A DNA stretch of 60,166 nucleotides from Eubacteriales bacterium (GCA_028695145.1 JAQVJP010000003.1:1-60166), one strand, 5' to 3'; shown: positions 47,153 to 57,051, numbered from the stretch's first letter. Made by a program: numbers and translations. Notes: generated by a model from the sequence alone, not told the origin.

Positions 47153-48370
47153 ATGGGATGGATATTGAAATCATATGAAGAATTGACTAAGGACGAGCTA
47201 TACGCTTTGCTTCATCTTCGAGCTGTGATTTTTATTGTTGAACAGAACAGCCCCTATATAGATCCGGATAATAAGGATCAACTATCACATCATCTATTAT
47301 ATCAGGAAAATGACGGTTCGATATCGGCCTGTTGCCGTTTATTGCCACCGGGGGTATTATTCCGTGAATCGGCTATCGGACGAGTTGTTGTACGCGCAGA
47401 TCGCCGCGGACAAGGTCTGGCAAGAGACATGATGCTGCAGGCCGCAGAATGGCTTGAACAGCGTTGGCCGGCCGCAGGTATTAAGCTGTCCGGTCAATTA
47501 TATCTCGAAGATTTCTATAAATCATGTGGATTTAGAACAGTTTCCGATGTTTATCTTGAAGACGGCATTAGACATGTCTCGATGATAAGATACAGATACT
47601 GCGGTGTAAAATATCTTGGGCACAGCTGTTTTGCGGTTGAAACACCTAAGCGTGTGCTTCTGTTTGATTATGGCAGTATACCTGACCGCAGTTCATGGGA
47701 AGTAGCAGCTGCATCCTTGCCCGACCTATGCAATCGTCCACTGTATATATTCAGCTCGCATCAGCATGCGGATCATTACACTGCCGATACACTTCAATTA
47801 TTTCCGCAGGCGGCTTTTTTTCTGCATGGTCATGATGGAGAACCGAATAATCGCTTGGAAAAGAAAATCGTAACTGGAGAATCAACAGATAAATCAGCCG
47901 CTGTCTATCCGCGTCAAACACTTATGCTTGATGATATGCTTATTTGCTGCAGTGGATCGAGTGACCAAGGTGTAGCGTATCTTATTGCTGCACCGGAAAT
48001 AACTGTTATGCATGGCGGTGATTTGGCGCGTTGGGATGATCTGCCTCAGTATTCTGATGTACAGCAGGCAGAAACCACCTGGCTTGCCGAATGTATTCAA
48101 CGTACCGGCAAACCAGATCTGGCCATGCTGGCCGCAAGTACCAGTGATGGTTGGCAGGAAGCGCCGCTCCTTGATGGACTTGAGGATCTGCTGCAAAAGC
48201 TGCAGCCGGAATTCGTTATCCCCATGCATGCCTACGGGTATGAACATCTCTACGATAGTTTTAAAATATGGCTTGAAAACAGCTCCGAGCTAAACAAGAA
48301 AACTGACAGCGCTGTTTTGAAAAAACCTGGTCAGTATATTGCTGTTCCTCTTAAGTCAGTTACATGTTAA
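47153..48370 (+). CDS. fusion protein: GNAT N-acetyltransferase (ElaA/YjcF-like) + MBL-fold metallo-hydrolase
   Basis: N-terminal GNAT motif (…RVVVRADRRGQGLARDMMLQA…); C-terminal metallo-beta-lactamase His cluster (SSHQHADH), later His/Asp residues; GGAGG RBS before ATG 47153. Confidence 0.65.
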   Translation: MGWILKSYEELTKDELYALLHLRAVIFIVEQNSPYIDPDNKDQLSHHLLYQENDGSISACCRLLPPGVLFRESAIGRVVVRADRRGQGLARDMMLQAAEWLEQRWPAAGIKLSGQLYLEDFYKSCGFRTVSDVYLEDGIRHVSMIRYRYCGVKYLGHSCFAVETPKRVLLFDYGSIPDRSSWEVAAASLPDLCNRPLYIFSSHQHADHYTADTLQLFPQAAFFLHGHDGEPNNRLEKKIVTGESTDKSAAVYPRQTLMLDDMLICCSGSSDQGVAYLIAAPEITVMHGGDLARWDDLPQYSDVQQAETTWLAECIQRTGKPDLAMLAASTSDGWQEAPLLDGLEDLLQKLQPEFVIPMHAYGYEHLYDSFKIWLENSSELNKKTDSAVLKKPGQYIAVPLKSVTC

Positions 48371-49509
48371 TCTACCTGGCCTAAAAAATTCTCCAGCATA
48401 TATGCTCCGGCTCCTTGCCAGATCAGAACTTCAAAACTGCAATGTGTTTTCAAGTGAGTCAATTTAACGTTGCTTTTTTTGAGCAGATTATCCAACTGTT
48501 TGGCAGTCTCTTCCTCGAGGCCGGGAAGCTCTTCAGTAAGTTGTCCGGTAATAATCCAATGATCTGAATCAGAAAGAAGCGCCGCGTTGACAATGGCACT
48601 GGCACAACCGGCAGCCGCTATTGTTATTGTATGCGTTGCTTTTTTCTTGCCGGCAGCTGCTGCCTTGGTAAAATCCTGCCAGGTCTGATTACTGTTTTGC
48701 TTGATTTGATTGAAGTACTCGAGTAATCCGCTTGCTGAAGCTGCTCCTGCAAGTGTTAGAGGTTTGTTTTCTCTGATCAGGGGCACGATCAGATCATCAG
48801 CACGCAAAGATTTCAACCTGCTGTCATGCCGCAGCCCATCAGATGCCAGGCATATTGAAACACTTTCCATATCTGCCAGTAGTACTATTGTTGCCTCTCC
48901 AAGTTTTCTGCTCGCGGGACTCCACAGCGAGCCATAGCTGGCAGCGTCGGCTGTGCTGATCACTCGGAAATCAAATCGATCATCAGACATATAATTCTGC
49001 AGGAAATCTCGTATATGCACATCATAACTATCTTCATAAGCCGCATCACTAATGAGCGCGGCCGAGACCATTCTAAGATTTTCGGCTTCGACTCTTCGCA
49101 TCATCTGCTGAGTTTTCTCCGTGAACGATTGAAACCATGCTGCGATTTCCGGCGTCTCTTGAGCTGATGCCGGAATGAGTGGCAGTTGGCATTCATCAAG
49201 CAACTGCAGAGCCGGATCATAGATTCTGAGAATTGTCTGAGTGTCAGAGTTTTGCATTATACCGAAGCAATAGTTGTCAGTTCTCTGACTGTACAAATTA
49301 GCTCTTCGTCCGCCGGTGGAATCCGCCAACCCTGACTCGGCAATAAGGCCTGCTTTGATAAGCTTATCAAGTACCCGGTTCATACTCGTAGGTGGTAATT
49401 GGGTAGTGTCGGCCAAAAACTGTCTTGTAGTATCACCCTGTAATCTAATCAGATTATAGATTGTGCGCGATATGCTGTCTCTGTAGGTCTTTTTCCCCAT
49501 CGGACACAT
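48367..49509 (-). CDS. ROK-like (NagC/XylR-type) transcriptional regulator (N-terminal winged HTH + sugar-kinase/actin-fold domain; zinc motif not evident)
   Basis: N-terminal …TTRQFLADTTQLPPTSMNRVLDKLIKAGLIAE… HTH, followed by a roughly 300-aa ASKHA-like region. Confidence 0.55.
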   Translation of the reverse strand: MCPMGKKTYRDSISRTIYNLIRLQGDTTRQFLADTTQLPPTSMNRVLDKLIKAGLIAESGLADSTGGRRANLYSQRTDNYCFGIMQNSDTQTILRIYDPALQLLDECQLPLIPASAQETPEIAAWFQSFTEKTQQMMRRVEAENLRMVSAALISDAAYEDSYDVHIRDFLQNYMSDDRFDFRVISTADAASYGSLWSPASRKLGEATIVLLADMESVSICLASDGLRHDSRLKSLRADDLIVPLIRENKPLTLAGAASASGLLEYFNQIKQNSNQTWQDFTKAAAAGKKKATHTITIAAAGCASAIVNAALLSDSDHWIITGQLTEELPGLEEETAKQLDNLLKKSNVKLTHLKTHCSFEVLIWQGAGAYMLENFLGQVD

Positions 49510-50804
49510 CAGGCATTCACCTCCGTTAATTGTTCACTGTGATCTTCGCCGGTTCCGGCTTCTCCATGTTTAACTGTCAGCATGCATACAAGTGCACCGG
49601 CAAAAGCTACAACAGAGTAAATAAATAATGTACTGTAATCCTTAGTTAGATCCCTTATGAAACCAAATAATATCGGGCTGGCGATAGCGGCACTGAAACT
49701 GAAAAAATAATAGTAGCCGGTAAAACTGCCTATCCGATCTTTGCTGGCCATTTCCACAACCATTGGCAAAGAATTAATATTGATGCATGCCCAGCAGAGC
49801 CCGCCAAGGAGCAGCAACAGTCTTAGAATTGTGACATTACTGACAAATAACATAGGAACGAAGGCGGCGATAATCCCAACAAGTCCAATGAGAATAATTT
49901 TGCGCCGGCCGAATTTCCCGGCGATAATACCGGCTGGCAGCGCGAAGGCTACAAAAGACAAAGAGAATAAGGTCAGGGTTGTTGTCGCAGCACCCGCTGT
50001 CATACCAAGTTCCTTCGTCGCATATAATGTGAAGAAGGTCTCAACAGCATTGTACCCGCAGAACCAGAAAAATATTGCCAGAAGAAGAGCGAACAAGCTA
50101 CGCTTCTCACCTGGCTGCCAATTTTTTGGCGGTTGTGATTTCTTCAAACGATGTTCTTCTTTAATTTTTTTGATCAAATCTGCCAAAAATTTATCTTGTC
50201 GTGGAGTTTTAGTATCTTCATGCACCCTGCTGTCAGCTTCGCGAACGAAGAAAATCAACATCATAAGAGCGAAGATCATTACAGAGCCACCCATGAGAAA
50301 AGGCGCGTTGTACCCTTGCCAGTCAGCAAGCCTGCCGCCGACAAAAAACGCGATTATGCTGCCTACTCCACCCATCAGATTAATTACTCCGTTAGCCTTG
50401 CTTCGCAGCGGCGAAGGAGTAACATCGGGCATGAGCGCAACTACAGGTGAGCGCCAGAGCGACATAATAAAATTGAAACTTATTATAACTGCCATCATCA
50501 GAGCTAACGATCTGGCTCTGGGAATCAGGATAAAAGCAGCAGCACAGGTGGGAATCCCGAATAGTATCCAAGGCATGCGTTTGCCGATACGAGTATGAGT
50601 CCTGTCACTGAGCATTCCTACTAATGGCTGGAAAACAACTCCGAAAAAATTATCGATTGTCATTATCAGCCCAATTATTGTGGTTGTCAGGAAGAAACGT
50701 TCTTCCAACATAATGGGAACGAAACTGTTGTACAGACTCCAAGCCAGTGAACTGGCGAAGAAGCCAAAACCGATCAGGAAGGTTTTTTTGTAATCAAGCT
50801 TCAT
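49509..50804 (-). CDS. MFS transporter
   Basis: 12 predicted TM helices; MFS loop motifs (…GMLSDRTHTRIGKRMPW…); central cytoplasmic loop. Confidence 0.75.
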   Translation of the reverse strand: MKLDYKKTFLIGFGFFASSLAWSLYNSFVPIMLEERFFLTTTIIGLIMTIDNFFGVVFQPLVGMLSDRTHTRIGKRMPWILFGIPTCAAAFILIPRARSLALMMAVIISFNFIMSLWRSPVVALMPDVTPSPLRSKANGVINLMGGVGSIIAFFVGGRLADWQGYNAPFLMGGSVMIFALMMLIFFVREADSRVHEDTKTPRQDKFLADLIKKIKEEHRLKKSQPPKNWQPGEKRSLFALLLAIFFWFCGYNAVETFFTLYATKELGMTAGAATTTLTLFSLSFVAFALPAGIIAGKFGRRKIILIGLVGIIAAFVPMLFVSNVTILRLLLLLGGLCWACININSLPMVVEMASKDRIGSFTGYYYFFSFSAAIASPILFGFIRDLTKDYSTLFIYSVVAFAGALVCMLTVKHGEAGTGEDHSEQLTEVNA

Positions 50805-50813
50805 AAAATGCCC

Positions 50814-51545
50814 TCATCCTTCTTGCAGAAGTTGCAACGCACGCTCAGGAATATCAGTTATGATGGCGTCTACTTCCAATGCTGCTGCTTGTTTGATCTT
50901 TTTGTCATCATTTAATGTCCACACATGAACGGCGATGCCGGCATTGTGGCAATTACTAATAAGATCTGGGATTTGAAGATTCCCATACCACGGATGAATA
51001 GCTGTTGCGCCAACGCGTTGAGCATACATCCATGGATCTACCAGACCGCTCTGATACAGCAGTCCACATTTCGCCTGAGGTGCGAATTCCAGCAGCATTC
51101 TCAGACTGTAGTGGTTGAAGGAAGAGAAGACAACTCTATCTTGCATACCTGAAGCAGATACTGCCTGCCATACTTTCTCTTCCATTCCCGGTGTCTGAAC
51201 GAGTCCGTTTTTCAATTCAATATTCAAAGTCATTTCAGTGTTTTTCAGCAGATCAAGTACTTCTTCGAGTCTTGGAACATGCGTTGAAGATAGTTGCGGT
51301 CTGAAAGCAGCGGCATTAAGTTTTTTTAGTTTGTTAGCTGTTAATTGATGAACCCAGCCGCTTATTCCTGTAGTTCTATCTGTTTTTTCATCGTGTATAA
51401 CTATCAGCTGTCCGTCTGAAGATAATTGTACGTCAAGCTCAATTCCGTCCGCTCCGAGCCGGACTGCCTCTTCAAAAGCGGGCATGGTATTTTCTGCAAG
51501 TCTGGCACTGGCTCCCCGGTGAGCCCATATTTTTGTCATTGCCAT
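50814..51545 (-). CDS. glycerophosphodiester phosphodiesterase
   Basis: GDPD motifs HRGASARLAENTMPAFEEA…GADGIELDVQLSSDGQLIVIHD; ATG 51545 with GGGAGGA RBS. Confidence 0.8.
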   Translation of the reverse strand: MAMTKIWAHRGASARLAENTMPAFEEAVRLGADGIELDVQLSSDGQLIVIHDEKTDRTTGISGWVHQLTANKLKKLNAAAFRPQLSSTHVPRLEEVLDLLKNTEMTLNIELKNGLVQTPGMEEKVWQAVSASGMQDRVVFSSFNHYSLRMLLEFAPQAKCGLLYQSGLVDPWMYAQRVGATAIHPWYGNLQIPDLISNCHNAGIAVHVWTLNDDKKIKQAAALEVDAIITDIPERALQLLQEG

Positions 51546-51725
51546 CACGGTTGTCCTCCCGACAATTAACCATTTTTATGTCTCTTTTTTGATTATATCA
51601 TTACATCAAGAAAAACTTATAAAGTTCTTTTTAACTCTATTGACGTTCACGTGACTGTGTGGTAAGATTAATCGAACTTAAACGAAGGTCTTTTGCCGGC
51701 GAGGGGTATGAAAGGTGGTGATTAA

Positions 51726-52301
51726 ATGAAGTTTCGATATTTGCCGGGCACGAATCTGCAGATTGCCGCAGATGACCGTCATGAGGTTGAGCGGGTGTTG
51801 ACAAGTTTGTTTTCAATGACAGGTGGAATATTTCTCTCGCAGCTATCTGACTTGACTGGCATGCCTGCGGCAACCCTACAGAACTGGGTCAAGAGAGGAT
51901 ATGTATCAAGCCCTGTTGACCGAAAATACAGTATGAGACAGACGACACGGATTATCCATATCGCGTTGCTTAGACAGACTATGCCGATGGAAGATATAGT
52001 TTCACTTCTCAGCAGTATTAATAATAACCTCGCGGATGAGAGTGATGATTTGATTGATGACAGCAAATTATATATTTATTTCAGTGATATTCTGCTGCAT
52101 CTGCCGGGAGAATTATTCTTCGATCGTGAAGGTCTGTTGGAATTGATTACTGAACGCACTTCGGATTTTGAGTTGAGTAATAAAACACAGCGCGATTGTC
52201 TGACAAGGGTGTTATGTGTAATGGTGCAGGCTTATGCGGCTTCATGGCTCAGTGGGCAGGTCAAACAGGGGCTGCAGGAATTGAAGGAAGGTGATTACTA
52301 A
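51726..52301 (+). CDS. hypothetical protein with possible N-terminal HTH
   Basis: …LSQLSDLTGMPAATLQNWVKRGYV… resembles a DNA-binding HTH; the remainder is unknown; first gene of an operon with the NfeD/flotillin genes. Confidence 0.4.
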   Translation: MKFRYLPGTNLQIAADDRHEVERVLTSLFSMTGGIFLSQLSDLTGMPAATLQNWVKRGYVSSPVDRKYSMRQTTRIIHIALLRQTMPMEDIVSLLSSINNNLADESDDLIDDSKLYIYFSDILLHLPGELFFDREGLLELITERTSDFELSNKTQRDCLTRVLCVMVQAYAASWLSGQVKQGLQELKEGDY

Positions 52302-52960
52302 TGATTGACTGGTGGCAGTCGATGACAATTTTTCAACAGGTGATGGCGTTATTTGCTCTGCCGGCAACCGCGGTACTGATAATCCAGACTATTATGCTTC
52401 TGTTTGGTCTGGGTCATGATGGAGGTGCTGACGCTGTCGATGGCGGAACCGATTTTGCCGGAGATGCTGATGGCGGAATTGATTTTACCGGTGAGAACGC
52501 GGATGTTTTGGATGACAGCTGGCTCTCAGAGAGCTCGGCGGACTTCGACTCTGGTTTGCGACTTCTCACTGTAAGAGGTCTTGTTGCTTTTTTCGCCGCT
52601 GGCGGCTGGGTTGGCATAGCCGCTATTGATATGAACGCCCCGCCCTGGGCAGCTGCGCTTTTGGCTTTGATTTCTGGACTGGGGGCTCTCTGGTTGGTGG
52701 CCTTCATATTCAAATCGCTACTGCGACTGCAAAGCAGCGGTAATATTGATCTTGGCAAGGCAATAGGTGGTTCCGGAGAGGTTTATCTTCGTATACCGGG
52801 ATCCATGCAGGGTCAGGGAAAAGTCTCCATCCAAGTGCAGGAGCGTCTTATCGAGGCTTCAGCCATGACCAGATCAGAAACTGAGATCAAAACCGGAACT
52901 CCCGTTCGTGTGATAGCGGTACGCGGTGATAAGCTTCTGGTAGAACCACTCGACAATTAA
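52301..52960 (+). CDS. NfeD family membrane protein (C-terminal OB-fold) with Asp/Gly-rich spacer
   Basis: Two TM helices flanking DGGADAVDGGTDFAGDADGGIDF; C-terminal beta-rich NfeD OB domain (…GQGKVSIQVQERLIEASAMT…PVRVIAVRGDKLLVEP). Confidence 0.65.
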   Translation: MIDWWQSMTIFQQVMALFALPATAVLIIQTIMLLFGLGHDGGADAVDGGTDFAGDADGGIDFTGENADVLDDSWLSESSADFDSGLRLLTVRGLVAFFAAGGWVGIAAIDMNAPPWAAALLALISGLGALWLVAFIFKSLLRLQSSGNIDLGKAIGGSGEVYLRIPGSMQGQGKVSIQVQERLIEASAMTRSETEIKTGTPVRVIAVRGDKLLVEPLDN

Positions 52961-53002
52961 GACATCAGGGTGAGCCACTTAAGTGTTCAGAAAGGATGAA
53001 AT

Positions 53003-54484
53003 ATGCAGTTATTTACAGCATTTGCTACTTCACTGCCGACATCGGCAATGATAGCCGTAATCGTAATTTTTGTGCTTATTTTTACAACATTTCTTGTCCT
53101 GCTCTCGCGTTACCGCAAGTGCCCGTCAGACAAAATCATGGTCATCTATGGTAAGGTCGGCAGCAACAAGGACGGCTCTGTTCGTTCCGCTCGTTGTATT
53201 CACGGTGGTGCCTCGTTCATATGGCCGGTTATTCAGTCTTATGAATATCTCGATCTGACACCACTGTCGATCAGTGTAGATTTGAAGAACGCGCTCTCAC
53301 GACAGAATATTCGTATTGATGTTCCTTCAAGATTTACAGTTGGTATATCAATTGAGCAAGGTGTCATGCAAAATGCCGCTGAGAGACTGCTGGGGCTTAA
53401 GCTCTCAGAAGTTCAGGAACTGGCAAAAGACATCATCTTCGGACAGCTTCGTTTAGTCATCGCTACGATGGATATCGAAGAGATCAATACTGATCGTGAT
53501 AAGTTCCTCGAAGCGGTTTCTCGCAACGTTGAATCAGAGCTGAAGAAAATTGGTTTACGTCTTATCAACGTTAATGTAACTGACATCAATGATGAGTCAG
53601 GCTATATCGAAGCACTTGGTAAAGAAGCTGCTGCCAAGGCCATCAATGACGCGAAAAAGTCTGTTGCTGAGAAGGACCGTGATGGTTCAATTGGTCAGGC
53701 TAACGCACAGAGAGATCAACGTATACAGGTCGCATCGGCTGAATCAAACGCGATCGCCGGTGAGAATGATGCAAAAGCCCATATCGCTGCAACAAACGCA
53801 ACCAGAAGAGAGAAGGAAGCGGATGCTCTTCGTCGTGCGACTTCTGCGGAAAAAACCATGGCTGCTAAGGCTCTTGAAGAAGCATATGCAGCTGAGCAAC
53901 GTGCTGAACTTGTTCGTGCTGAACGTGAAAAAGCAACTCTTGAGGCTGACGTTCTGGTGAAAACTGAAATCGCTAAGCGACAAGTTGAGATCGATGCTGA
54001 GGCTATGGCTGAGAAAACACGTCGTATTGCCAAGGGTGAAGCAGACGCTATCTTCCTTAAGAAAGAAGCTGAGGCCCGCGGTCAGCAGGAAATCCTGACA
54101 AGGCAGGCTGCTGGTCTGGCTGAAATCGTCAGAGCAGCCGGCGGAGATCCGAAAGACGCTCTCAGATTATTGCTTGCCGATAAGATGGAAGATCTTATTG
54201 CCATACAGGTTGAAGCAATTAAGAATATCAAGATTGATAAGGTCACTGTCTGGGACGCCGGTCAGGGAGCAGGTCAGGATGGTAAAAATGGTACTGCCGG
54301 ATTTCTTTCGGGCCTTATGAAATCAATTCCGCCAATGAATGAGCTGTTTAATATGGCTGGAATGAACTTGCCAGAATTTCTTGGCAAAGATATCAACCCT
54401 GAAGTTAGCCAAAAACTAATGGAAACTTATGATCAGAAGATGATTGAAGCTGCCGAACAGGCAGATCAGAACTCGGATTCATAA
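53003..54484 (+). CDS. flotillin-like SPFH/band-7 protein (FloT/YuaG-like)
   Basis: N-terminal TM, SPFH domain, long Ala/Glu-rich coiled-coil (…AEQRAELVRAEREKATLEADVL…), 493 aa, paired with NfeD. Confidence 0.8.
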   Translation: MQLFTAFATSLPTSAMIAVIVIFVLIFTTFLVLLSRYRKCPSDKIMVIYGKVGSNKDGSVRSARCIHGGASFIWPVIQSYEYLDLTPLSISVDLKNALSRQNIRIDVPSRFTVGISIEQGVMQNAAERLLGLKLSEVQELAKDIIFGQLRLVIATMDIEEINTDRDKFLEAVSRNVESELKKIGLRLINVNVTDINDESGYIEALGKEAAAKAINDAKKSVAEKDRDGSIGQANAQRDQRIQVASAESNAIAGENDAKAHIAATNATRREKEADALRRATSAEKTMAAKALEEAYAAEQRAELVRAEREKATLEADVLVKTEIAKRQVEIDAEAMAEKTRRIAKGEADAIFLKKEAEARGQQEILTRQAAGLAEIVRAAGGDPKDALRLLLADKMEDLIAIQVEAIKNIKIDKVTVWDAGQGAGQDGKNGTAGFLSGLMKSIPPMNELFNMAGMNLPEFLGKDINPEVSQKLMETYDQKMIEAAEQADQNSDS

Positions 54485-54491
54485 ATCTCTA

Positions 54492-54537
54492 ATCTGCCCG
54501 GTAATCGCGATTATGTTGGTGCCGGGCAGATTTTTGT
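54492..54537 (+). terminator. rho-independent terminator (atctgcccgg…ccgggcagat + TTTTTGTT) overlapping an extended -10 (TGtTATAAT, 54535-54543) promoter
   Basis: Perfect 10-bp stem and T-run; downstream extended -10 element. Confidence 0.7.
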
Positions 54538-54587
54538 TATAATGGGGAAAATAATCAACCGACAATATCATGCCGGAGGTATAGACG

Positions 54588-55583
54588 ATGGCCCAACTGA
54601 CCAATATGCGCATAATAAGTCTCGAAGAACTGGAAGAAAATCTTGGAGTAAATAAACTTCCGGATTTTGTTGAGAGTTGCGAGCATGAGTTTATCAGCAG
54701 AACAGAACAAATCGCTGTGAGGATAGCTGCAGACCACAGAATCAAAGCCGTATTTGTCTCAGGGCCTACGTCATCAGGCAAGACTACATTTTCTAATAGA
54801 CTGGCGGTTGCGCTCACAAAAGCCGGTTGTAGAACACATCTTGTTTCTATGGATGATTATTATCAGCTGCGCGAGATTAGTTTCGATGAGCAGGGCAGAC
54901 CAGATTTTGAGTCCATTGATACTCTTGATATTGATCTGATGCTTGAACACTTATCCGATCTGTTCGCAGGTAAACCTGTAAGATTACCAGAATTCAGTTT
55001 TGTTGATCGCAGCAGGCGTTGGCCGGAAGATCGGCTGATCCAGCTTGGTGAACGGGATTTGATAATCGTTGAAGGCTTGCATGGATTGTCTCCAAAGATA
55101 TCCGGTCAGCTTAATCATGATCAATACCATGGCATTTTTATAATGCCGTGGTGCTCGTTTCTTGATGGAAGGCAGCTCCTGGGCAGCAGGGATGTCAGAG
55201 TGCTCAGACGAATAAGCCGAGATGTCATGCATCGTGGATCAACAGCTATGTCTACTATAGATTATTGGCCAATGATAGAACGTACAGAGCAGGCTTTTGT
55301 ACCTGAATATCTCGCGCGTGCTGATGAGTATATTAATTCATGTTTGCCTTATGAGTTTTGTGTTGTGGCTCCTCTTGCCGCAAAAGAAATAAGTTTATCA
55401 CTTGAACAGTTTGAAGCCGGCCGACTTCCTGATTCCATTTATCTCAAAGGCCACATAAATCGTTATGCTGATCTTGAGGCAGCTGTTGCAGATGCAAGGA
55501 GCCTGCTGTCTGCCTGTGAACGTATTCCTCAGGTTGATCGTTCCATTGTTCCGGCTCTATCTATTCTCAATGAATTTGTCTGA
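54588..55583 (+). CDS. uridine kinase/phosphoribulokinase-family P-loop nucleoside kinase with N- and C-terminal extensions
   Basis: Udk-like pattern: P-loop VSGPTSSGKTTF, …VSMDDYY…, …LIIVEGLHGL…, …RVLRRISRDVMHRGSTAMSTIDYWPMIE…; about 330 aa versus about 210 for Udk. Confidence 0.65.
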   Translation: MAQLTNMRIISLEELEENLGVNKLPDFVESCEHEFISRTEQIAVRIAADHRIKAVFVSGPTSSGKTTFSNRLAVALTKAGCRTHLVSMDDYYQLREISFDEQGRPDFESIDTLDIDLMLEHLSDLFAGKPVRLPEFSFVDRSRRWPEDRLIQLGERDLIIVEGLHGLSPKISGQLNHDQYHGIFIMPWCSFLDGRQLLGSRDVRVLRRISRDVMHRGSTAMSTIDYWPMIERTEQAFVPEYLARADEYINSCLPYEFCVVAPLAAKEISLSLEQFEAGRLPDSIYLKGHINRYADLEAAVADARSLLSACERIPQVDRSIVPALSILNEFV

Positions 55584-55687
55584 ACGTAACGCTTCTGCTT
55601 GACAAGAAAAAACAGGCAAGGTTTAATAAAATGATTGAAAATCAGGCATTTAGTCTGATTTTCTGCAGTACTGGGGGGATTTAGACC

Positions 55688-56614
55688 ATGCCGATAAAAA
55701 TACCGGATCATCTGCCGGCAGCCGGAATACTTGAACAGGAAAATGTGTTTGTTATGCATGATAACCGTGCGTATTCGCAGGATATCAGACCTTTGCGCAT
55801 ATTAATCCTGAATTTGATGCCAACAAAAATAGTTACAGAAACTCAGCTCTTGCGATTACTAAGCAACAGCCCTTTGCAAGTAGATGTAGATTTCATATAT
55901 ACAGCCAGCTATAATCCTCGGAATACTCCCCTTGATCATCTGGTTAAATTTTACGAGACTTTTGACCAGGTAAAAGAAAAACGCTACGATGGGATGATAA
56001 TAACCGGTGCCCCGGTTGAACAAATGCCGTTTGAGGATGTCGCTTACTGGCCGGAACTATGTGAGATTATGGAATGGTCAAAGACACATGTTTATTCAAC
56101 CATGCATATTTGCTGGGGGGCGCAGGCCGGTCTTTATCATCATTATGGAATACCTAAATATGATCTTGATGCTAAGATGTTTGGTGTTTTTCCTCATTTT
56201 CGCAGTTATACCAGACCTGTGAAACTTTTTCGCGGATTTGATGATATATTTTATGTGCCGCATTCACGGCATACTGAAATACGCCGTTCAGATATTGATA
56301 AGGTGCCGCAGTTAAGACTGCTTTCGGAGTCAGAAATATCTGGTGTATATGCTGTTTCTGACATGAAGGGCAGGCAAATATTTCTGACCGGACATTCTGA
56401 ATATGATCCGCTTACGCTCAAGCACGAGTATGACCGGGATATTGAACGTGGACTTGATGTAGATGTTCCCCAGAATTATTTCCCTAATGATAATCCGCAG
56501 CAACCACCGCAAGTGTTATGGCGCAGCTCAGCCTATCTGTTGTTCGCGAACTGGCTGAACTACTATGTATATCAAGAGACTCCGTTTGATCTCGCGTCAT
56601 TGCAGCAGGATTGA
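55688..56614 (+). CDS. metA: homoserine O-acyltransferase (MetA family)
   Basis: [11 protein letters not shown]… start; conserved MetA core including catalytic Cys region (…[17 protein letters not shown]…). Confidence 0.85.
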   Translation: MPIKIPDHLPAAGILEQENVFVMHDNRAYSQDIRPLRILILNLMPTKIVTETQLLRLLSNSPLQVDVDFIYTASYNPRNTPLDHLVKFYETFDQVKEKRYDGMIITGAPVEQMPFEDVAYWPELCEIMEWSKTHVYSTMHICWGAQAGLYHHYGIPKYDLDAKMFGVFPHFRSYTRPVKLFRGFDDIFYVPHSRHTEIRRSDIDKVPQLRLLSESEISGVYAVSDMKGRQIFLTGHSEYDPLTLKHEYDRDIERGLDVDVPQNYFPNDNPQQPPQVLWRSSAYLLFANWLNYYVYQETPFDLASLQQD

Positions 56615-56733
56615 ATTCGCACGATCATGTGCGCTCAGTCACGCGGGTAACTCCAGTTACTGATTAATCGGCAGCTGATGACTTATTATTCATTAAGAAT
56701 AATGTCGTTTTATTTTTTAGGAGGTTTCCCAAC

Positions 56734-57051
56734 ATGGCTTTAACTGTAACAGTTGATAATTTTGATGAAGTAGTACTTAAGAGTGATAAACCGGTTCTTC
56801 TGGATTTTTGGGCCGTATGGTGTGGTCCTTGCCGTATGGTAGCACCGACCATCGACAAGTTGGCTGAGGAGTATGAAGGAAAAGCGATTATCGGTAAAGT
56901 AAACGTTGATGAAGAATCAGAACTTGCCGAGAAATTCAAGGTTATGAGTATACCTTCTTTGTTTGTACTTAAGAATGGTCAGGTTGTTGAGAGAATGATT
57001 GGCGCTCGTCCACAACAAGAACTTGCGTCAGCACTTGATAAGCATCTGTGA
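56734..57051 (+). CDS. trxA: thioredoxin
   Basis: 105 aa, WCGPC active site, AGGAGG RBS. Confidence 0.9.
   Translation: MALTVTVDNFDEVVLKSDKPVLLDFWAVWCGPCRMVAPTIDKLAEEYEGKAIIGKVNVDEESELAEKFKVMSIPSLFVLKNGQVVERMIGARPQQELASALDKHL

Noticed and set aside
55584-55687. Possible SAM (S-box) riboswitch upstream of metA
   Set aside because: The intergenic region is only about 100 nt and lacks the conserved S-box helices and kink-turn consensus; it instead contains a plain TTGACA-17-TTTAAT promoter-like element.
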